Positions 1-10,123 of a stretch of DNA of 64,000 nt are shown one piece after another. The DNA is from Escherichia phage LH2. The position numbers and the translations under genes are program-made. Below the pieces are notes generated by a model. That model saw only the letters and a list, made by a program, of their open reading frames with translations. It ran no database searches and was not told where the DNA came from. Position 1 is the stretch's first letter; every line of letters begins with the position of its first letter. Location of the stretch: the sequence record OQ378934.1. One strand, given 5' to 3'.

Positions 1-648
1 TTCGCTACTATTAACTCTGGTATTATGCTTAAATCTGGTCAATTTATTATGACTCGCGCGGTTAATGGTACAACTTATGCAGAAGCAAATATTTCTGACA
101 CTATTGATTTTGATGTAGCAATTTACGATTTGAACGGTTTTCTCGGTATTCTGTCTCTAGTTAATGATGATGCAGAAATTTCCCAGTCAGAAGATGGAAA
201 TATTAAAATTGCTGATGCTCGTTCAACAATTTTTTGGCCAGCAGCCGATCCGAGTACAGTAGTTGCTCCTAATAAACCAATTCCATTCCCGGTAGCATCT
301 GTTGTTACTGAAATTAAAGCGGAAGACCTTCAACAGCTGTTGCGTGTATCTCGCGGTCTGCAGATTGATACAATTGCTATCACAGTAAAAGAAGGTAAAA
401 TCGTAATTAACGGTTTTAATAAAGTGGAAGATTCTGCTTTGACCCGTGTTAAATATTCTTTGACTCTTGGTGATTATGATGGTGAAAATACATTTAATTT
501 CATTATCAATATGGCAAATATGAAAATGCAACCAGGAAATTATAAACTTCTGCTCTGGGCAAAAGGTAAACAAGGCGCTGCTAAATTTGAAGGTGAACAC
601 GCGAATTATGTAGTAGCTCTTGAAGCTGATTCTACCCACGATTTTTAA
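1..648 (+). CDS. 45: sliding clamp gp45, 5' end outside window
   Basis: In frame from base 1 to TAA 646-648; translation recognised as T4 gp45 C-terminal ~216 aa; no start codon in window. Confidence 0.93.
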   Translation, partial: FATINSGIMLKSGQFIMTRAVNGTTYAEANISDTIDFDVAIYDLNGFLGILSLVNDDAEISQSEDGNIKIADARSTIFWPAADPSTVVAPNKPIPFPVASVVTEIKAEDLQQLLRVSRGLQIDTIAITVKEGKIVINGFNKVEDSALTRVKYSLTLGDYDGENTFNFIINMANMKMQPGNYKLLLWAKGKQGAAKFEGEHANYVVALEADSTHDF

Positions 649-651
649 TAG

Positions 652-668
652 AGGGCTTCGGCCCTTTA
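652..668 (+). terminator. hairpin plus T-tract after gene 45
   Basis: agggc-ttcg-gccct stem-loop followed by tttata. Confidence 0.5.
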
Positions 669-699
669 TAATTTACATTAAAACTTGAATGAGGAAATT

Positions 700-1659
700 A
701 TGATTACTGTAAATGAAAAAGAACACATTCTTGAACAGAAATATCGTCCATCTACTATCGATGAATGTATTCTTCCCGCCTTTGATAAAGAAACCTTTAA
801 ATCTATTACAAGTAAAGGTAAGATTCCACATATTATTCTTCATTCTCCTTCTCCAGGAACAGGTAAAACAACTGTAGCAAAAGCGTTGTGTCATGATGTA
901 AATGCTGATATGATGTTTGTGAATGGGTCAGATTGTAAAATTGATTTCGTTCGCGGTCCTTTGACTAATTTTGCTAGTGCAGCTTCATTTGATGGTCGTC
1001 AAAAAGTAATCGTTATTGATGAATTTGACCGTTCAGGGTTAGCAGAGTCTCAGCGACATCTTCGTTCCTTTATGGAAGCTTATAGTTCAAACTGTAGTAT
1101 TATTATTACTGCTAACAATATTGATGGTATTATTAAACCGCTTCAGTCACGCTGCCGAGTTATTACGTTCGGTCAACCGACCGATGAAGATAAAATTGAA
1201 ATGATGAAGCAGATGATTCGTCGATTGACTGAAATCTGTAAGCATGAAGGAATTGCTATAGCTGATATGAAAGTTGTAGCAGCTTTGGTTAAAAAGAATT
1301 TTCCTGATTTTCGTAAAACTATTGGCGAGCTCGATAGTTATTCGTCTAAAGGTGTTTTGGATGCTGGTATTTTATCACTGGTTACTAACGATCGTGGTGC
1401 TATTGATGATGTTCTTGAGTCTCTCAAAAATAAAGATGTTAAACAACTCAGAGCTTTAGCACCAAAATATGCGGCTGATTATTCGTGGTTCGTTGGTAAA
1501 CTTGCCGAAGAAATCTATACACGCGTAACTCCACAAAGTATTATTCGTATGTATGAAATTGTTGGTGAAAATAACCAGTATCACGGAATTGCGGCTAATA
1601 CGGAATTACATTTAGCATATCTTTTCATTCAATTGGCATGCGAAATGCAGTGGAAGTGA
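700..1659 (+). CDS. 44: clamp loader large subunit gp44
   Basis: ATG at 700 with gaggaa RBS; 319 aa; Walker A GTGKTT; recognised as T4 gp44. Confidence 0.95.
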   Translation: MITVNEKEHILEQKYRPSTIDECILPAFDKETFKSITSKGKIPHIILHSPSPGTGKTTVAKALCHDVNADMMFVNGSDCKIDFVRGPLTNFASAASFDGRQKVIVIDEFDRSGLAESQRHLRSFMEAYSSNCSIIITANNIDGIIKPLQSRCRVITFGQPTDEDKIEMMKQMIRRLTEICKHEGIAIADMKVVAALVKKNFPDFRKTIGELDSYSSKGVLDAGILSLVTNDRGAIDDVLESLKNKDVKQLRALAPKYAADYSWFVGKLAEEIYTRVTPQSIIRMYEIVGENNQYHGIAANTELHLAYLFIQLACEMQWK

Positions 1660-1660
1660 T

Positions 1661-2224
1661 ATGAGCTTATTTGAAGATGATATTCAATTAAACGAGCATC
1701 AAGTTGCTTGGTATTCAAAAGATTGGACAGCTGTCCAATCTGTTGCTGATTCTTTTAAAGAAAAAGCTGAAAATGAGTTTTTTGAAATAATTGGAGCTAT
1801 TAATAATAAAACTAAATGCTCTATTGCTCAAAAAGATTATTCAAAATACATGGTTGAGAATGCATTATCACAATTTCCTGAGTGCATGCCAGCTGTATAT
1901 GCTATGAATTTAATTGGATCAGGTTTAAGCGATGAAGCCCATTTTAATTATCTAATGGCTGCTGTTCCTCGGGGTAAAAGATACGGTAAATGGGCAAAAC
2001 TGGTTGAAGATTCTACCGAAGTATTGATTATTAAGTTACTTGCTAAGCGGTATCAAGTTAATACAAATGATGCAATTAACTATAAATCAATTCTTACTAA
2101 AAATGGAAAACTTCCTTTAGTATTAAAAGAACTAAAAGGTTTAGTCACGGATGATTTTTTGAAAGAAGTGACTAAGAACGTAAAAGAACAGAAACAACTC
2201 AAAAAACTAGCATTGGAATGGTAA
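1661..2224 (+). CDS. 62: clamp loader small subunit gp62
   Basis: 187 aa ORF 2 nt after gene 44 stop; matches T4 gp62 length and position. Confidence 0.92.
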   Translation: MSLFEDDIQLNEHQVAWYSKDWTAVQSVADSFKEKAENEFFEIIGAINNKTKCSIAQKDYSKYMVENALSQFPECMPAVYAMNLIGSGLSDEAHFNYLMAAVPRGKRYGKWAKLVEDSTEVLIIKLLAKRYQVNTNDAINYKSILTKNGKLPLVLKELKGLVTDDFLKEVTKNVKEQKQLKKLALEW

Positions 2225-2225
2225 A

Positions 2226-2594
2226 ATGATTGAAATTACTCTTAAAAAACCTGAAGATTTTCTGAAAGTAAAAGAAACTTTGACTCGTATGGGAATTGCT
2301 AATAATAAAGATAAAGTTCTGTATCAGTCCTGTCATATTCTTCAGAAAAAAGGACTATACTATATCGTTCATTTTAAAGAAATGCTTCGTATGGATGGTC
2401 GTCAAGTTGAAATGACAGAAGAAGATGAAGTTCGTCGTGATTCAATCGCATGGCTGTTAGAAGATTGGGGACTGATTGAAATCGCTCCCGGTCAAAGAAC
2501 TTTTATGAAAGATTTAACTAATAACTTCCGAGTTATTTCTTTTAAACAAAAACATGAATGGAAACTCGTTCCTAAATATACGATTGGAAATTAA
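2226..2594 (+). CDS. regA: translational repressor RegA
   Basis: 122 aa, position after 62 and before 43 as in T4. Confidence 0.92.
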   Translation: MIEITLKKPEDFLKVKETLTRMGIANNKDKVLYQSCHILQKKGLYYIVHFKEMLRMDGRQVEMTEEDEVRRDSIAWLLEDWGLIEIAPGQRTFMKDLTNNFRVISFKQKHEWKLVPKYTIGN

Positions 2595-2596
2595 GC

Positions 2597-2618
2597 AAGG
2601 GGCTTCGGCCCCTTATTT
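2597..2618 (+). terminator. hairpin terminator after regA
   Basis: aaggggc-ttcg-gcccctt 7-bp stem with UUCG loop then T-rich tract. Confidence 0.55.
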
Positions 2619-2636
2619 GGAGTATAATATATCAAG

Positions 2637-2654
2637 AGCCTAATAACTCGGGCT
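2637..2654 (+). promoter_or_regulatory. gp43 autogenous translational operator hairpin
   Basis: 5-bp stem (agccu/gggcu) with 8-nt loop aauaacuc just 5' of the gene 43 RBS aagga; matches the classic T4 gp43 operator. Confidence 0.7.
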
Positions 2655-2672
2655 ATAAACTAAGGAATATCT

Positions 2673-5369
2673 ATGAAAGAATTTTATATCTCTATTGAAA
2701 CAGTCGGAAATAGCATTGTTGAACGTTATATTGATGAAAATGGAAAGGAACGTACTCGCGAAGTAGAATATCTTCCGACTATGTTTAGACACTGTAAGGA
2801 AGAATCAAAATACAAAGACATTTACGGTAAAAATTGCGCTCCTCAAAAATTTCCATCAATGAAAGATGCCCGAGATTGGATGAAACGAATGGAAGACATC
2901 GGTCTCGAAGCTCTTGGTATGAACGATTTTAAACTCGCTTATATCAGTGATACATATGGTTCAGAAATTGTTTATGATCGAAAATTTGTTCGTGTAGCTA
3001 ACTGCGACATTGAGGTTACTGGTGATAAATTTCCTGACCCAATGAAAGCAGAATATGAAATTGATGCTATCACTCATTATGATTCAATTGACGACCGTTT
3101 TTACGTCTTTGATTTGTTGAATTCAATGTACGGTTCAGTATCAAAATGGGATGCAAAGTTAGCTGCTAAGCTTGACTGTGAAGGTGGTGATGAAGTTCCT
3201 CAAGAAATTCTTGACCGAGTAATTTATATGCCATTCGATAATGAGCGTGATATGCTCATGGAATATATTAATCTCTGGGAACAGAAACGACCTGCTATTT
3301 TTACTGGTTGGAATATTGAGGGATTTGACGTTCCGTATATCATGAATCGTGTTAAAATGGTTCTCGGTGAACGTAGTATGAAACGTTTCTCTCCAATCGG
3401 TCGAGTAAAATCTAAACTAATTCAAAATATGTACGGTAGCAAAGAAATTTATTCTATTGATGGCGTATCTATTCTTGATTATTTAGATTTGTACAAGAAA
3501 TTCGCATTTACTAATTTGCCATCATTCTCTTTGGAATCAGTTGCTCAACATGAAACCAAAAAAGGTAAATTACCATATGATGGTCCTATTAATAAACTTC
3601 GTGAGACTAATCATCAACGATACATTAGTTATAACATCATTGACGTAGAATCAGTTCAAGCAATTGATAAAATTCGCGGGTTTATTGATCTAGTTTTAAG
3701 TATGTCTTATTACGCTAAAATGCCTTTTTCTGGTGTAATGAGTCCTATTAAAACTTGGGATGCTATTATTTTTAACTCATTGAAAGGTGAACATAAGGTT
3801 ATTCCTCAACAAGGTTCGCACGTTAAACAAAGTTTTCCAGGTGCATTTGTGTTTGAACCTAAACCGATTGCTCGTCGATACATTATGAGTTTTGACTTGA
3901 CGTCTCTGTATCCTAGCATTATTCGTCAGGTTAACATTAGTCCTGAAACTATTCGTGGACAGTTTAAAGTTCATCCAATTCATGAATATATCGCAGGAAC
4001 AGCTCCTAAGCCAAGTGATGAATATTCTTGTTCTCCGAATGGATGGATGTATGATAAGCATCAAGAAGGTATCATTCCAAAGGAAATCGCTAAAGTATTT
4101 TTCCAGCGTAAAGATTGGAAAAAGAAAATGTTCGCTGAAGAAATGAATGCCGAAGCTATTAAAAAGATTATTATGAAAGGTGCAGGGTCTTGTTCAACTA
4201 AACCAGAAGTTGAACGATATGTTAAGTTCAATGATGATTTCTTAAACGAATTATCGAATTACACTGAATCTGTTCTTAATAGTCTGATCGAAGAATGTGA
4301 AAAAGCAGCTACACTTGCTAACACAAATCAGCTGAACCGTAAAATTCTTATTAACAGTCTTTATGGTGCTCTTGGTAATATTCATTTCCGTTACTATGAT
4401 TTGCGAAATGCTACTGCTATCACAATTTTCGGTCAAGTTGGTATTCAGTGGATTGCTCGTAAAATTAATGAATATCTGAATAAAGTATGTGGAACTGATG
4501 GTGAAGATTTCATCGCGGCGGGTGATACTGATTCGGTATATGTTTGTGTAGATAAAGTTATTGAAAAAGTAGGTCTTGACCGCTTTAAAGAACAAAATGA
4601 TTTAGTTGAATTCATGAATCAGTTCGGTAAGAAAAAGATGGAACCTATGATTGATGTTGCATATCGTGAGTTATGTGATTATATGAATAACCGCGAGCAT
4701 CTGATGCATATGGACCGTGAAGCTATTTCTTGCCCTCCACTTGGTTCAAAGGGTGTTGGTGGATTTTGGAAAGCGAAAAAACGTTATGCTCTGAACGTTT
4801 ATGATATGGAAGATAAGCGATTTGCTGAACCACATCTAAAAATCATGGGTATGGAAACTCAGCAGAGTTCAACACCAAAAGCAGTACAAGAAGCTCTCGA
4901 AGAAAGTATTCGTCGTATTCTTCAGGAAGGCGAAGAGTCTGTCCAAGAATACTATAAGAACTTTGAGAAAGAATACCGTCAACTTGACTATAAAGTTATT
5001 GCTGAAGTAAAAACCGCGAACGATATAGCGAAATATGACGATAAAGGTTGGCCAGGGTTTAAATGCCCGTTCCATATTCGTGGTGTACTAACTTATCGTC
5101 GAGCTGTTAGTGGTTTAGGTGTAGCTCCAATTTTGGATGGAAATAAGGTAATGGTTCTTCCATTACGTGAGGGAAATCCATTTGGTGACAAGTGTATTGC
5201 TTGGCCGTCGGGTACGGAACTTCCAAAAGAAATTCGTTCTGATGTACTGTCTTGGATTGACTACTCAACTTTGTTCCAAAAATCGTTTGTTAAACCGCTT
5301 GCGGGCATGTGTGAATCGGCAGGTATGGACTATGAGGAAAAAGCTTCGTTAGACTTCCTGTTTGGCTGA
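2673..5369 (+). CDS. 43: DNA polymerase gp43 (family B)
   Basis: 898 aa; exonuclease and polymerase motifs (YGG, DTDS); recognised as T4 gp43. Confidence 0.97.
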   Translation: MKEFYISIETVGNSIVERYIDENGKERTREVEYLPTMFRHCKEESKYKDIYGKNCAPQKFPSMKDARDWMKRMEDIGLEALGMNDFKLAYISDTYGSEIVYDRKFVRVANCDIEVTGDKFPDPMKAEYEIDAITHYDSIDDRFYVFDLLNSMYGSVSKWDAKLAAKLDCEGGDEVPQEILDRVIYMPFDNERDMLMEYINLWEQKRPAIFTGWNIEGFDVPYIMNRVKMVLGERSMKRFSPIGRVKSKLIQNMYGSKEIYSIDGVSILDYLDLYKKFAFTNLPSFSLESVAQHETKKGKLPYDGPINKLRETNHQRYISYNIIDVESVQAIDKIRGFIDLVLSMSYYAKMPFSGVMSPIKTWDAIIFNSLKGEHKVIPQQGSHVKQSFPGAFVFEPKPIARRYIMSFDLTSLYPSIIRQVNISPETIRGQFKVHPIHEYIAGTAPKPSDEYSCSPNGWMYDKHQEGIIPKEIAKVFFQRKDWKKKMFAEEMNAEAIKKIIMKGAGSCSTKPEVERYVKFNDDFLNELSNYTESVLNSLIEECEKAATLANTNQLNRKILINSLYGALGNIHFRYYDLRNATAITIFGQVGIQWIARKINEYLNKVCGTDGEDFIAAGDTDSVYVCVDKVIEKVGLDRFKEQNDLVEFMNQFGKKKMEPMIDVAYRELCDYMNNREHLMHMDREAISCPPLGSKGVGGFWKAKKRYALNVYDMEDKRFAEPHLKIMGMETQQSSTPKAVQEALEESIRRILQEGEESVQEYYKNFEKEYRQLDYKVIAEVKTANDIAKYDDKGWPGFKCPFHIRGVLTYRRAVSGLGVAPILDGNKVMVLPLREGNPFGDKCIAWPSGTELPKEIRSDVLSWIDYSTLFQKSFVKPLAGMCESAGMDYEEKASLDFLFG

Positions 5370-5382
5370 TAGAATAAATCTA

Positions 5383-5404
5383 GGGACCTCCGGGTCCCCT
5401 TTTC
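5383..5404 (+). terminator. hairpin terminator after gene 43
   Basis: gggacc-tccg-ggtccc followed by cttttc. Confidence 0.6.
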
Positions 5405-5486
5405 ATACAAGTAATATAAATCTATACTTAAGAAAAATAGATGATTCTAGGACCTTTGAATTCATTAAAAAATTTTTCACAAAGCT

Positions 5487-5516
5487 GTTTACAAGACTGT
5501 TCCTCTGTGGTACTAT
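5487..5516 (+). promoter_or_regulatory. early sigma70-type promoter (repeated cassette copy)
   Basis: gtttac -35 at 5487-5492 and tggtactat extended -10 at 5508-5516; same cassette recurs at 33348, 36971, 54364. Confidence 0.5.
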
Positions 5517-5550
5517 ACAACTATCAACCAATACAAATTTGGAGAATGAA

Positions 5551-5931
5551 ATGAAAATCGCTATTTTGGTTATTGCATTGGGTCTTACTGGTTGTGTAGC
5601 TCAAGGACCGGTAGTAAATCAGTCTGATGTAGGAAAAATTGTAAACTGTTCAAGCAAATTTTATAATCCTAACGTCAAGTGTTATAAAGAAGTTCCAAAA
5701 CAGACAGTAGAACAAATGCAGGCGAATTTTGACGAAGCTATTCGTCCAGATGAATCTGCACAAGCATATCGTAATTCAGATGTGATTACGCGTGAAGAAA
5801 AAATTGAAAACTACTGTGCTGAACTTTGGGCAAATTGGGCTAATAATTACCAATGGCGTACTGGTAAAAATGCTCCGATGGAGTATGTAGTAAATTCTTA
5901 TAATTCATGTGTAAAAAATTTGACTAAGTGA
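5551..5931 (+). CDS. putative lipoprotein
   Basis: ATG 5551 preceded by ggagaa; N-terminus MKIAILVIALGLTGC has signal peptide and lipobox; the listed 5362 start is probably an upstream run-in. Confidence 0.6.
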   Translation: MKIAILVIALGLTGCVAQGPVVNQSDVGKIVNCSSKFYNPNVKCYKEVPKQTVEQMQANFDEAIRPDESAQAYRNSDVITREEKIENYCAELWANWANNYQWRTGKNAPMEYVVNSYNSCVKNLTK

Positions 5932-5938
5932 GGAAAAC

Positions 5939-6190
5939 ATGGAAACTTTAGTAGCAGGTTCAATTTTTATGGTTTTAGTTTCAGGCGTGTTGGCTATTAT
6001 TATATACATGCTTCCATGGTTTATCGCCTTGATGCGCGGGTCAAAATCGACAGTAGGAATCTTTTTCACATCTTTACTGTTTAACTGGTCAATTATTGGT
6101 TGGTTTATTACATTTATTTGGTCAATTGCGGGTGAAACTAAAAAATCCGCACAACCAAATCAAGTAATTATCATCAGAGAGAAGGAATGA
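5939..6190 (+). CDS. imm: superinfection immunity membrane protein Imm
   Basis: 83 aa, two hydrophobic segments, located between 43 and 42 as in T4. Confidence 0.85.
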   Translation: METLVAGSIFMVLVSGVLAIIIYMLPWFIALMRGSKSTVGIFFTSLLFNWSIIGWFITFIWSIAGETKKSAQPNQVIIIREKE

Positions 6191-6336
6191 AAAGCAAAAT
6201 TTTAGCAGTATTGCTTTTAATCTTGATGATTATAATAAGTATATACTATAGCGTAGCAGTTCCTTGTATGATTCCAACGCTTATTATAGGGTGGAGTTTA
6301 TTACTGTTACAAGTTAAATATGAATGTATCAATTGA
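6187..6336 (+). CDS. small hydrophobic peptide (49 aa)
   Basis: ATG overlaps imm stop (ATGA); translation MKSKILAVLLLILMIIISIYY...; below the ORF-track size cutoff. Confidence 0.4.
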   Translation: MKSKILAVLLLILMIIISIYYSVAVPCMIPTLIIGWSLLLLQVKYECIN

Positions 6337-6343
6337 GGTTTAA

Positions 6344-7084
6344 ATGATTAATGACTCTATGACAGTTGAAGAAATCCGTCTTCATTTGGGAATTGCATTA
6401 AAGGAAAAAGATTTCGTAGTTGATAAAACTGGTGTTAAAACTATTGAAATTATTGGTGCATCATTTGTAGCAGATGAACCTTTTATTTTTGGCGCTCTTA
6501 ATGACGAATACATTCAGCGTGAACTTGAATGGTATAAATCTAAAAGTTTGTTTGTTAAAGATATTCCGGGTGAAACACCGAAGATTTGGCAGCAGGTAGC
6601 ATCTTCTAAAGGCGAAATTAACTCGAATTATGGTTGGGCCATCTGGTCGGAAGATAACTATGCTCAGTATGACATGTGTTTAGCTGAACTTGGTCAAAAT
6701 CCTGATTCTCGACGTGGTATCATGATTTATACTCGTCCATCCATGCAGTTTGACTACAATAAAGATGGCATGTCAGATTTCATGTGTACGAATACAGTGC
6801 AGTACCTGATTCGTGATAAGAAAGTCAATGCAGTGGTTAACATGAGAAGCAATGATTGCTGGGCAGGCTATCGTAATGATTATGCATGGCAAAAATACGT
6901 ATTAGATAAATTAGTATCTGATTTGAATGCAGGCGATTCAACTCGTCAGTATAAAGCAGGTTCTATTATATGGAATGTTGGAAGTCTTCATGTATATTCT
7001 CGTCATTTTTACTTGGTTGATCATTGGTGGAATACTGGCGAAACTCATATTATGAAAAAAGATTATAACGGTGAGTGGAAATGA
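6344..7084 (+). CDS. 42: dCMP hydroxymethylase gp42
   Basis: 246 aa; thymidylate-synthase-like fold protein recognised as T4 gp42. Confidence 0.95.
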   Translation: MINDSMTVEEIRLHLGIALKEKDFVVDKTGVKTIEIIGASFVADEPFIFGALNDEYIQRELEWYKSKSLFVKDIPGETPKIWQQVASSKGEINSNYGWAIWSEDNYAQYDMCLAELGQNPDSRRGIMIYTRPSMQFDYNKDGMSDFMCTNTVQYLIRDKKVNAVVNMRSNDCWAGYRNDYAWQKYVLDKLVSDLNAGDSTRQYKAGSIIWNVGSLHVYSRHFYLVDHWWNTGETHIMKKDYNGEWK

Positions 7085-7923
7085 TTCAATTTGTAATTCC
7101 AAGTTATCAACGTGTAGGGGCAGTTTCTGCCCTTGATATGTTTCCGACTGATTATGAACCTCATATTGTAGTACGTGAACACGAAGAAAAAGCTTATTAT
7201 GATGCTTATGGGTCTAGAGCTAAAATTATAACTATTCCTGATGATGTTAATGGAATTGCTGGTACTCGTAAAGCAATTACTAATATGTATGCAGGTCAAC
7301 GAATCTGGATGATTGATGATGATACTACTATTCGTATGAGTTCAATGCGAAAGAAAGATGATCGTCGCTGCGTAGATAAAATTAATCAATTAACTCGTGA
7401 ACAGTTCTATGAATTGATTCAATACGTTGAAGATGCCATGGATTGTGGGTATTATCACGGTCATGCTCGTCTACCTATTTTTAAAATTACTTCATCTTGG
7501 GGTAATTATCGTGAAAATTCATATGGATTCACGAATACCTGGTATGACCTCGGAAAACTTACAACAGAACAAATTGGGTATGGAAAAATTGATTTATGCG
7601 AAGATATGTATGCATTTCTCAATTTAATTAATCAAGGTTATCCGCATTTGGCCTTGTTCAAATATCTGGTTGTATCTGGAAAAGCACAAGCTCCAGGCGG
7701 ATGTAGTTCAATTCGTAGTAATTCAAAACATAATAGAGCTCTTGAGCAAATCAATAGAGAGTTTCCGGAGCAAGCTCGTTGGAAAACTTCTAATATTGAA
7801 AAACGAAAATCATTAGGTGAAGAAGACGAGCCATTAAAGGTTCTTCGCATGTGTGTTTCACGCAAAGAAAAATCAGAAGCGTTTCATAAGTTTAATGCTA
7901 TTCATCCAATAGCGGTTGATTAA
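7081..7923 (+). CDS. putative DNA glycosyltransferase (DxD motif), non-T4 beta-gt
   Basis: ATG overlaps gene 42 stop (ATGA); 280 aa; hydrophobic run then DDD (IWMIDDDTT) typical of GT-A DxD; sits where T4 has beta-gt but is not T4 beta-gt by sequence. Confidence 0.5.
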   Translation: MIQFVIPSYQRVGAVSALDMFPTDYEPHIVVREHEEKAYYDAYGSRAKIITIPDDVNGIAGTRKAITNMYAGQRIWMIDDDTTIRMSSMRKKDDRRCVDKINQLTREQFYELIQYVEDAMDCGYYHGHARLPIFKITSSWGNYRENSYGFTNTWYDLGKLTTEQIGYGKIDLCEDMYAFLNLINQGYPHLALFKYLVVSGKAQAPGGCSSIRSNSKHNRALEQINREFPEQARWKTSNIEKRKSLGEEDEPLKVLRMCVSRKEKSEAFHKFNAIHPIAVD

Positions 7924-7927
7924 TGAC

Positions 7928-8593
7928 ATGAAAAGACATAAAGAAAAGAAATATAATTATACTTATGTTATAACTAATTTAGTTAATAATAAAATTTACT
8001 ATGGAACTCATTCAACCGATGATTTAAATGATGGTTATATGGGATCAGGAACTTTATTAGCACAAGCCAAGAAAAAGTATGGTAAGAAAAATTTTAATTT
8101 AAGCATTCTTGGGTTTTATAAAGATTTTAAATCAGCCCGTGATGCTGAAAGAGAATTAGTAACAATAGATGTGGTAAATGATCCTATGACTTATAATTTA
8201 AAAATTGGTGGAGAGGGTGGTAGAAGAATTGGTTATAGAGTTTCATCAGAAACCAAAGAAAAAATTTCAAAAGCTCAAAAAGGAAAACCAAAACATCTTG
8301 GATTTAGTGATGTTTGCCGGAAAGCCCAGCTAGGCAAAAAGCAGTCAGAAGAAACTAAAGCAAAACGAAAAGAAGCTTTGCTTAATAATCCATATGGTTA
8401 TAATAGAAATAAACCATCACATAAACGTGACCCAATAATGTGGGATAACATTGAAAAGATTAAAGAAATATGGGAAAACTCTGGAAAACCCGGTGCTATT
8501 AAGCTTAAAAAATTAGCAATTGAAGCTGGATTTCCAAATAAATCTTATGCAAGAATGCTCGAAGTATTTCGTGGAACAAGAACACTACTATAA
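7928..8593 (+). CDS. GIY-YIG homing endonuclease (seg-like)
   Basis: N-terminal YVITNLVNNKIYYG GIY-YIG motif; NUMOD3-like repeats (SSETKEKISKAQKGK, SEETKAKRKEA) in C-terminal half. Confidence 0.75.
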   Translation: MKRHKEKKYNYTYVITNLVNNKIYYGTHSTDDLNDGYMGSGTLLAQAKKKYGKKNFNLSILGFYKDFKSARDAERELVTIDVVNDPMTYNLKIGGEGGRRIGYRVSSETKEKISKAQKGKPKHLGFSDVCRKAQLGKKQSEETKAKRKEALLNNPYGYNRNKPSHKRDPIMWDNIEKIKEIWENSGKPGAIKLKKLAIEAGFPNKSYARMLEVFRGTRTLL

Positions 8594-8601
8594 GGTATTA
8601 T

Positions 8602-9777
8602 ATGTCTGATTTAAAATCTCGTTTGATTAAAGCTTCTACTTCTAAATTGACTGCAGAATTAACAGCATCTAAATTCTTTAATGAAAAAGATGTAGTTCGA
8701 ACAAAAATTCCTATGATGAATATTGCACTTTCTGGTGAAATTACTGGTGGTATGCAATCTGGTCTGTTAATTTTGGCAGGTCCATCAAAATCATTTAAAT
8801 CAAACTTTGGATTAACAATGGTGTCATCTTACATGCGTCAATATCCTGATGCAGTATGTTTGTTTTATGATAGTGAATTTGGTATTACTCCTGCTTATTT
8901 GCGGTCTATGGGAGTCGATCCAGAACGAGTAATTCATACTCCGGTTCAATCACTTGAGCAATTACGTATTGACATGGTTAATCAATTGGATGCAATTGAA
9001 CGCGGCGAAAAGGTAGTCGTTTTTATCGATTCACTTGGTAACTTAGCTTCTAAGAAAGAAACTGAAGATGCTTTAAATGAAAAAGTTGTTAGTGATATGA
9101 CTAGAGCTAAAACAATGAAAAGCTTATTTCGTATCGTAACTCCCTATTTTAGTACTAAAAATATTCCATGTATTGCTATTAACCATACATACGAAACACA
9201 AGAAATGTTTAGTAAAACAGTTATGGGAGGTGGTACTGGACCGATGTATTCGGCTGATACTGTATTCATTATCGGTAAGCGCCAGATTAAAGATGGTTCT
9301 GATCTTCAGGGGTATCAATTTGTTCTAAATGTAGAAAAATCTCGTACCGTCAAAGAAAAAAGTAAATTCTTTATTGATGTTAAATTTGACGGTGGTATCG
9401 ATCCTTATTCTGGATTGTTAGATATGGCTCTTGAATTAGGATTTGTAGTAAAACCTAAAAATGGCTGGTATGCTCGTGAATTTCTTGATGAAGAAACCGG
9501 CGAGATGATTCGCGAAGAAAAATCTTGGCGTGCAAAAGATACCAACTGTACTACATTCTGGGGTCCTTTATTTAAGCATCAACCATTCCGAGATGCTATT
9601 AAACGCGCTTATCAGTTAGGTGCTATTGATAGTAATGAAATTGTTGAAGCTGAAGTTGATGAATTGATTAACTCAAAGGTTGAAAAATTTAAATCTCCAG
9701 AAAGTAAAAGTAAATCAGCAGCTGATTTAGAAACTGACCTAGATCAGTTAAGTGATATGGAAGAATTTAATGAATAA
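8602..9777 (+). CDS. uvsX: recombinase UvsX (RecA-like)
   Basis: 391 aa; Walker A GPSKSFKS; recognised as T4 UvsX. Confidence 0.96.
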   Translation: MSDLKSRLIKASTSKLTAELTASKFFNEKDVVRTKIPMMNIALSGEITGGMQSGLLILAGPSKSFKSNFGLTMVSSYMRQYPDAVCLFYDSEFGITPAYLRSMGVDPERVIHTPVQSLEQLRIDMVNQLDAIERGEKVVVFIDSLGNLASKKETEDALNEKVVSDMTRAKTMKSLFRIVTPYFSTKNIPCIAINHTYETQEMFSKTVMGGGTGPMYSADTVFIIGKRQIKDGSDLQGYQFVLNVEKSRTVKEKSKFFIDVKFDGGIDPYSGLLDMALELGFVVKPKNGWYAREFLDEETGEMIREEKSWRAKDTNCTTFWGPLFKHQPFRDAIKRAYQLGAIDSNEIVEAEVDELINSKVEKFKSPESKSKSAADLETDLDQLSDMEEFNE

Positions 9778-10114
9778 AGATGATTTAGATTTAGATCTAG
9801 AAATTATCGATGAATCCCCCTCTTCGGAGGGGGAAGAAGAAAGAAAAGAACGTCTTTTTAATGAATCTCTTAAGATAATTAAATCTGCTATGGAAAATGT
9901 TATCCAGGAGATTGTCATTAAACTAGAAGACGGTTCTACACACATTGTGTATGTGACAAAATTAGATTGGGTTGATGGAAAAGTCGTAATGGACTTTGCT
10001 GTTCTTGACCAAGAAAGAAAAGCTGAGTTAGCTCCTCATGTAGAAAAATGTATTACAATGCAACTACAAGATGCATTTAATAAAAGGTCAAAGAAAAAAT
10101 TTAAATTCTTTTAA
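9770..10114 (+). CDS. 40: gp40 head vertex assembly chaperone
   Basis: ATG 9770 overlaps uvsX 3' end; ~114 aa; position between uvsX and 41. Confidence 0.75.
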   Translation: MNKDDLDLDLEIIDESPSSEGEEERKERLFNESLKIIKSAMENVIQEIVIKLEDGSTHIVYVTKLDWVDGKVVMDFAVLDQERKAELAPHVEKCITMQLQDAFNKRSKKKFKFF

Positions 10115-10123
10115 GGAGTAAGT

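Noticed and set aside
223-639. 138-aa minus-strand ORF inside gene 45 (similar cases at 3777-4064, 9124-9318, 11107-11337, 20054-20419, 25711-26277, 53616-54020, 59686-59907)
   Set aside because: Lie entirely antisense within strongly supported genes, lack RBS motifs, and have low-complexity or odd composition; treated as chance ORFs in AT-rich DNA.
5362-5550. Long N-terminal extension of the lipoprotein ORF (listed start 5362)
   Set aside because: The extension overlaps the gene 43 3' end, a terminator hairpin and an early promoter; the ATG at 5551 has an RBS and gives a canonical signal peptide.
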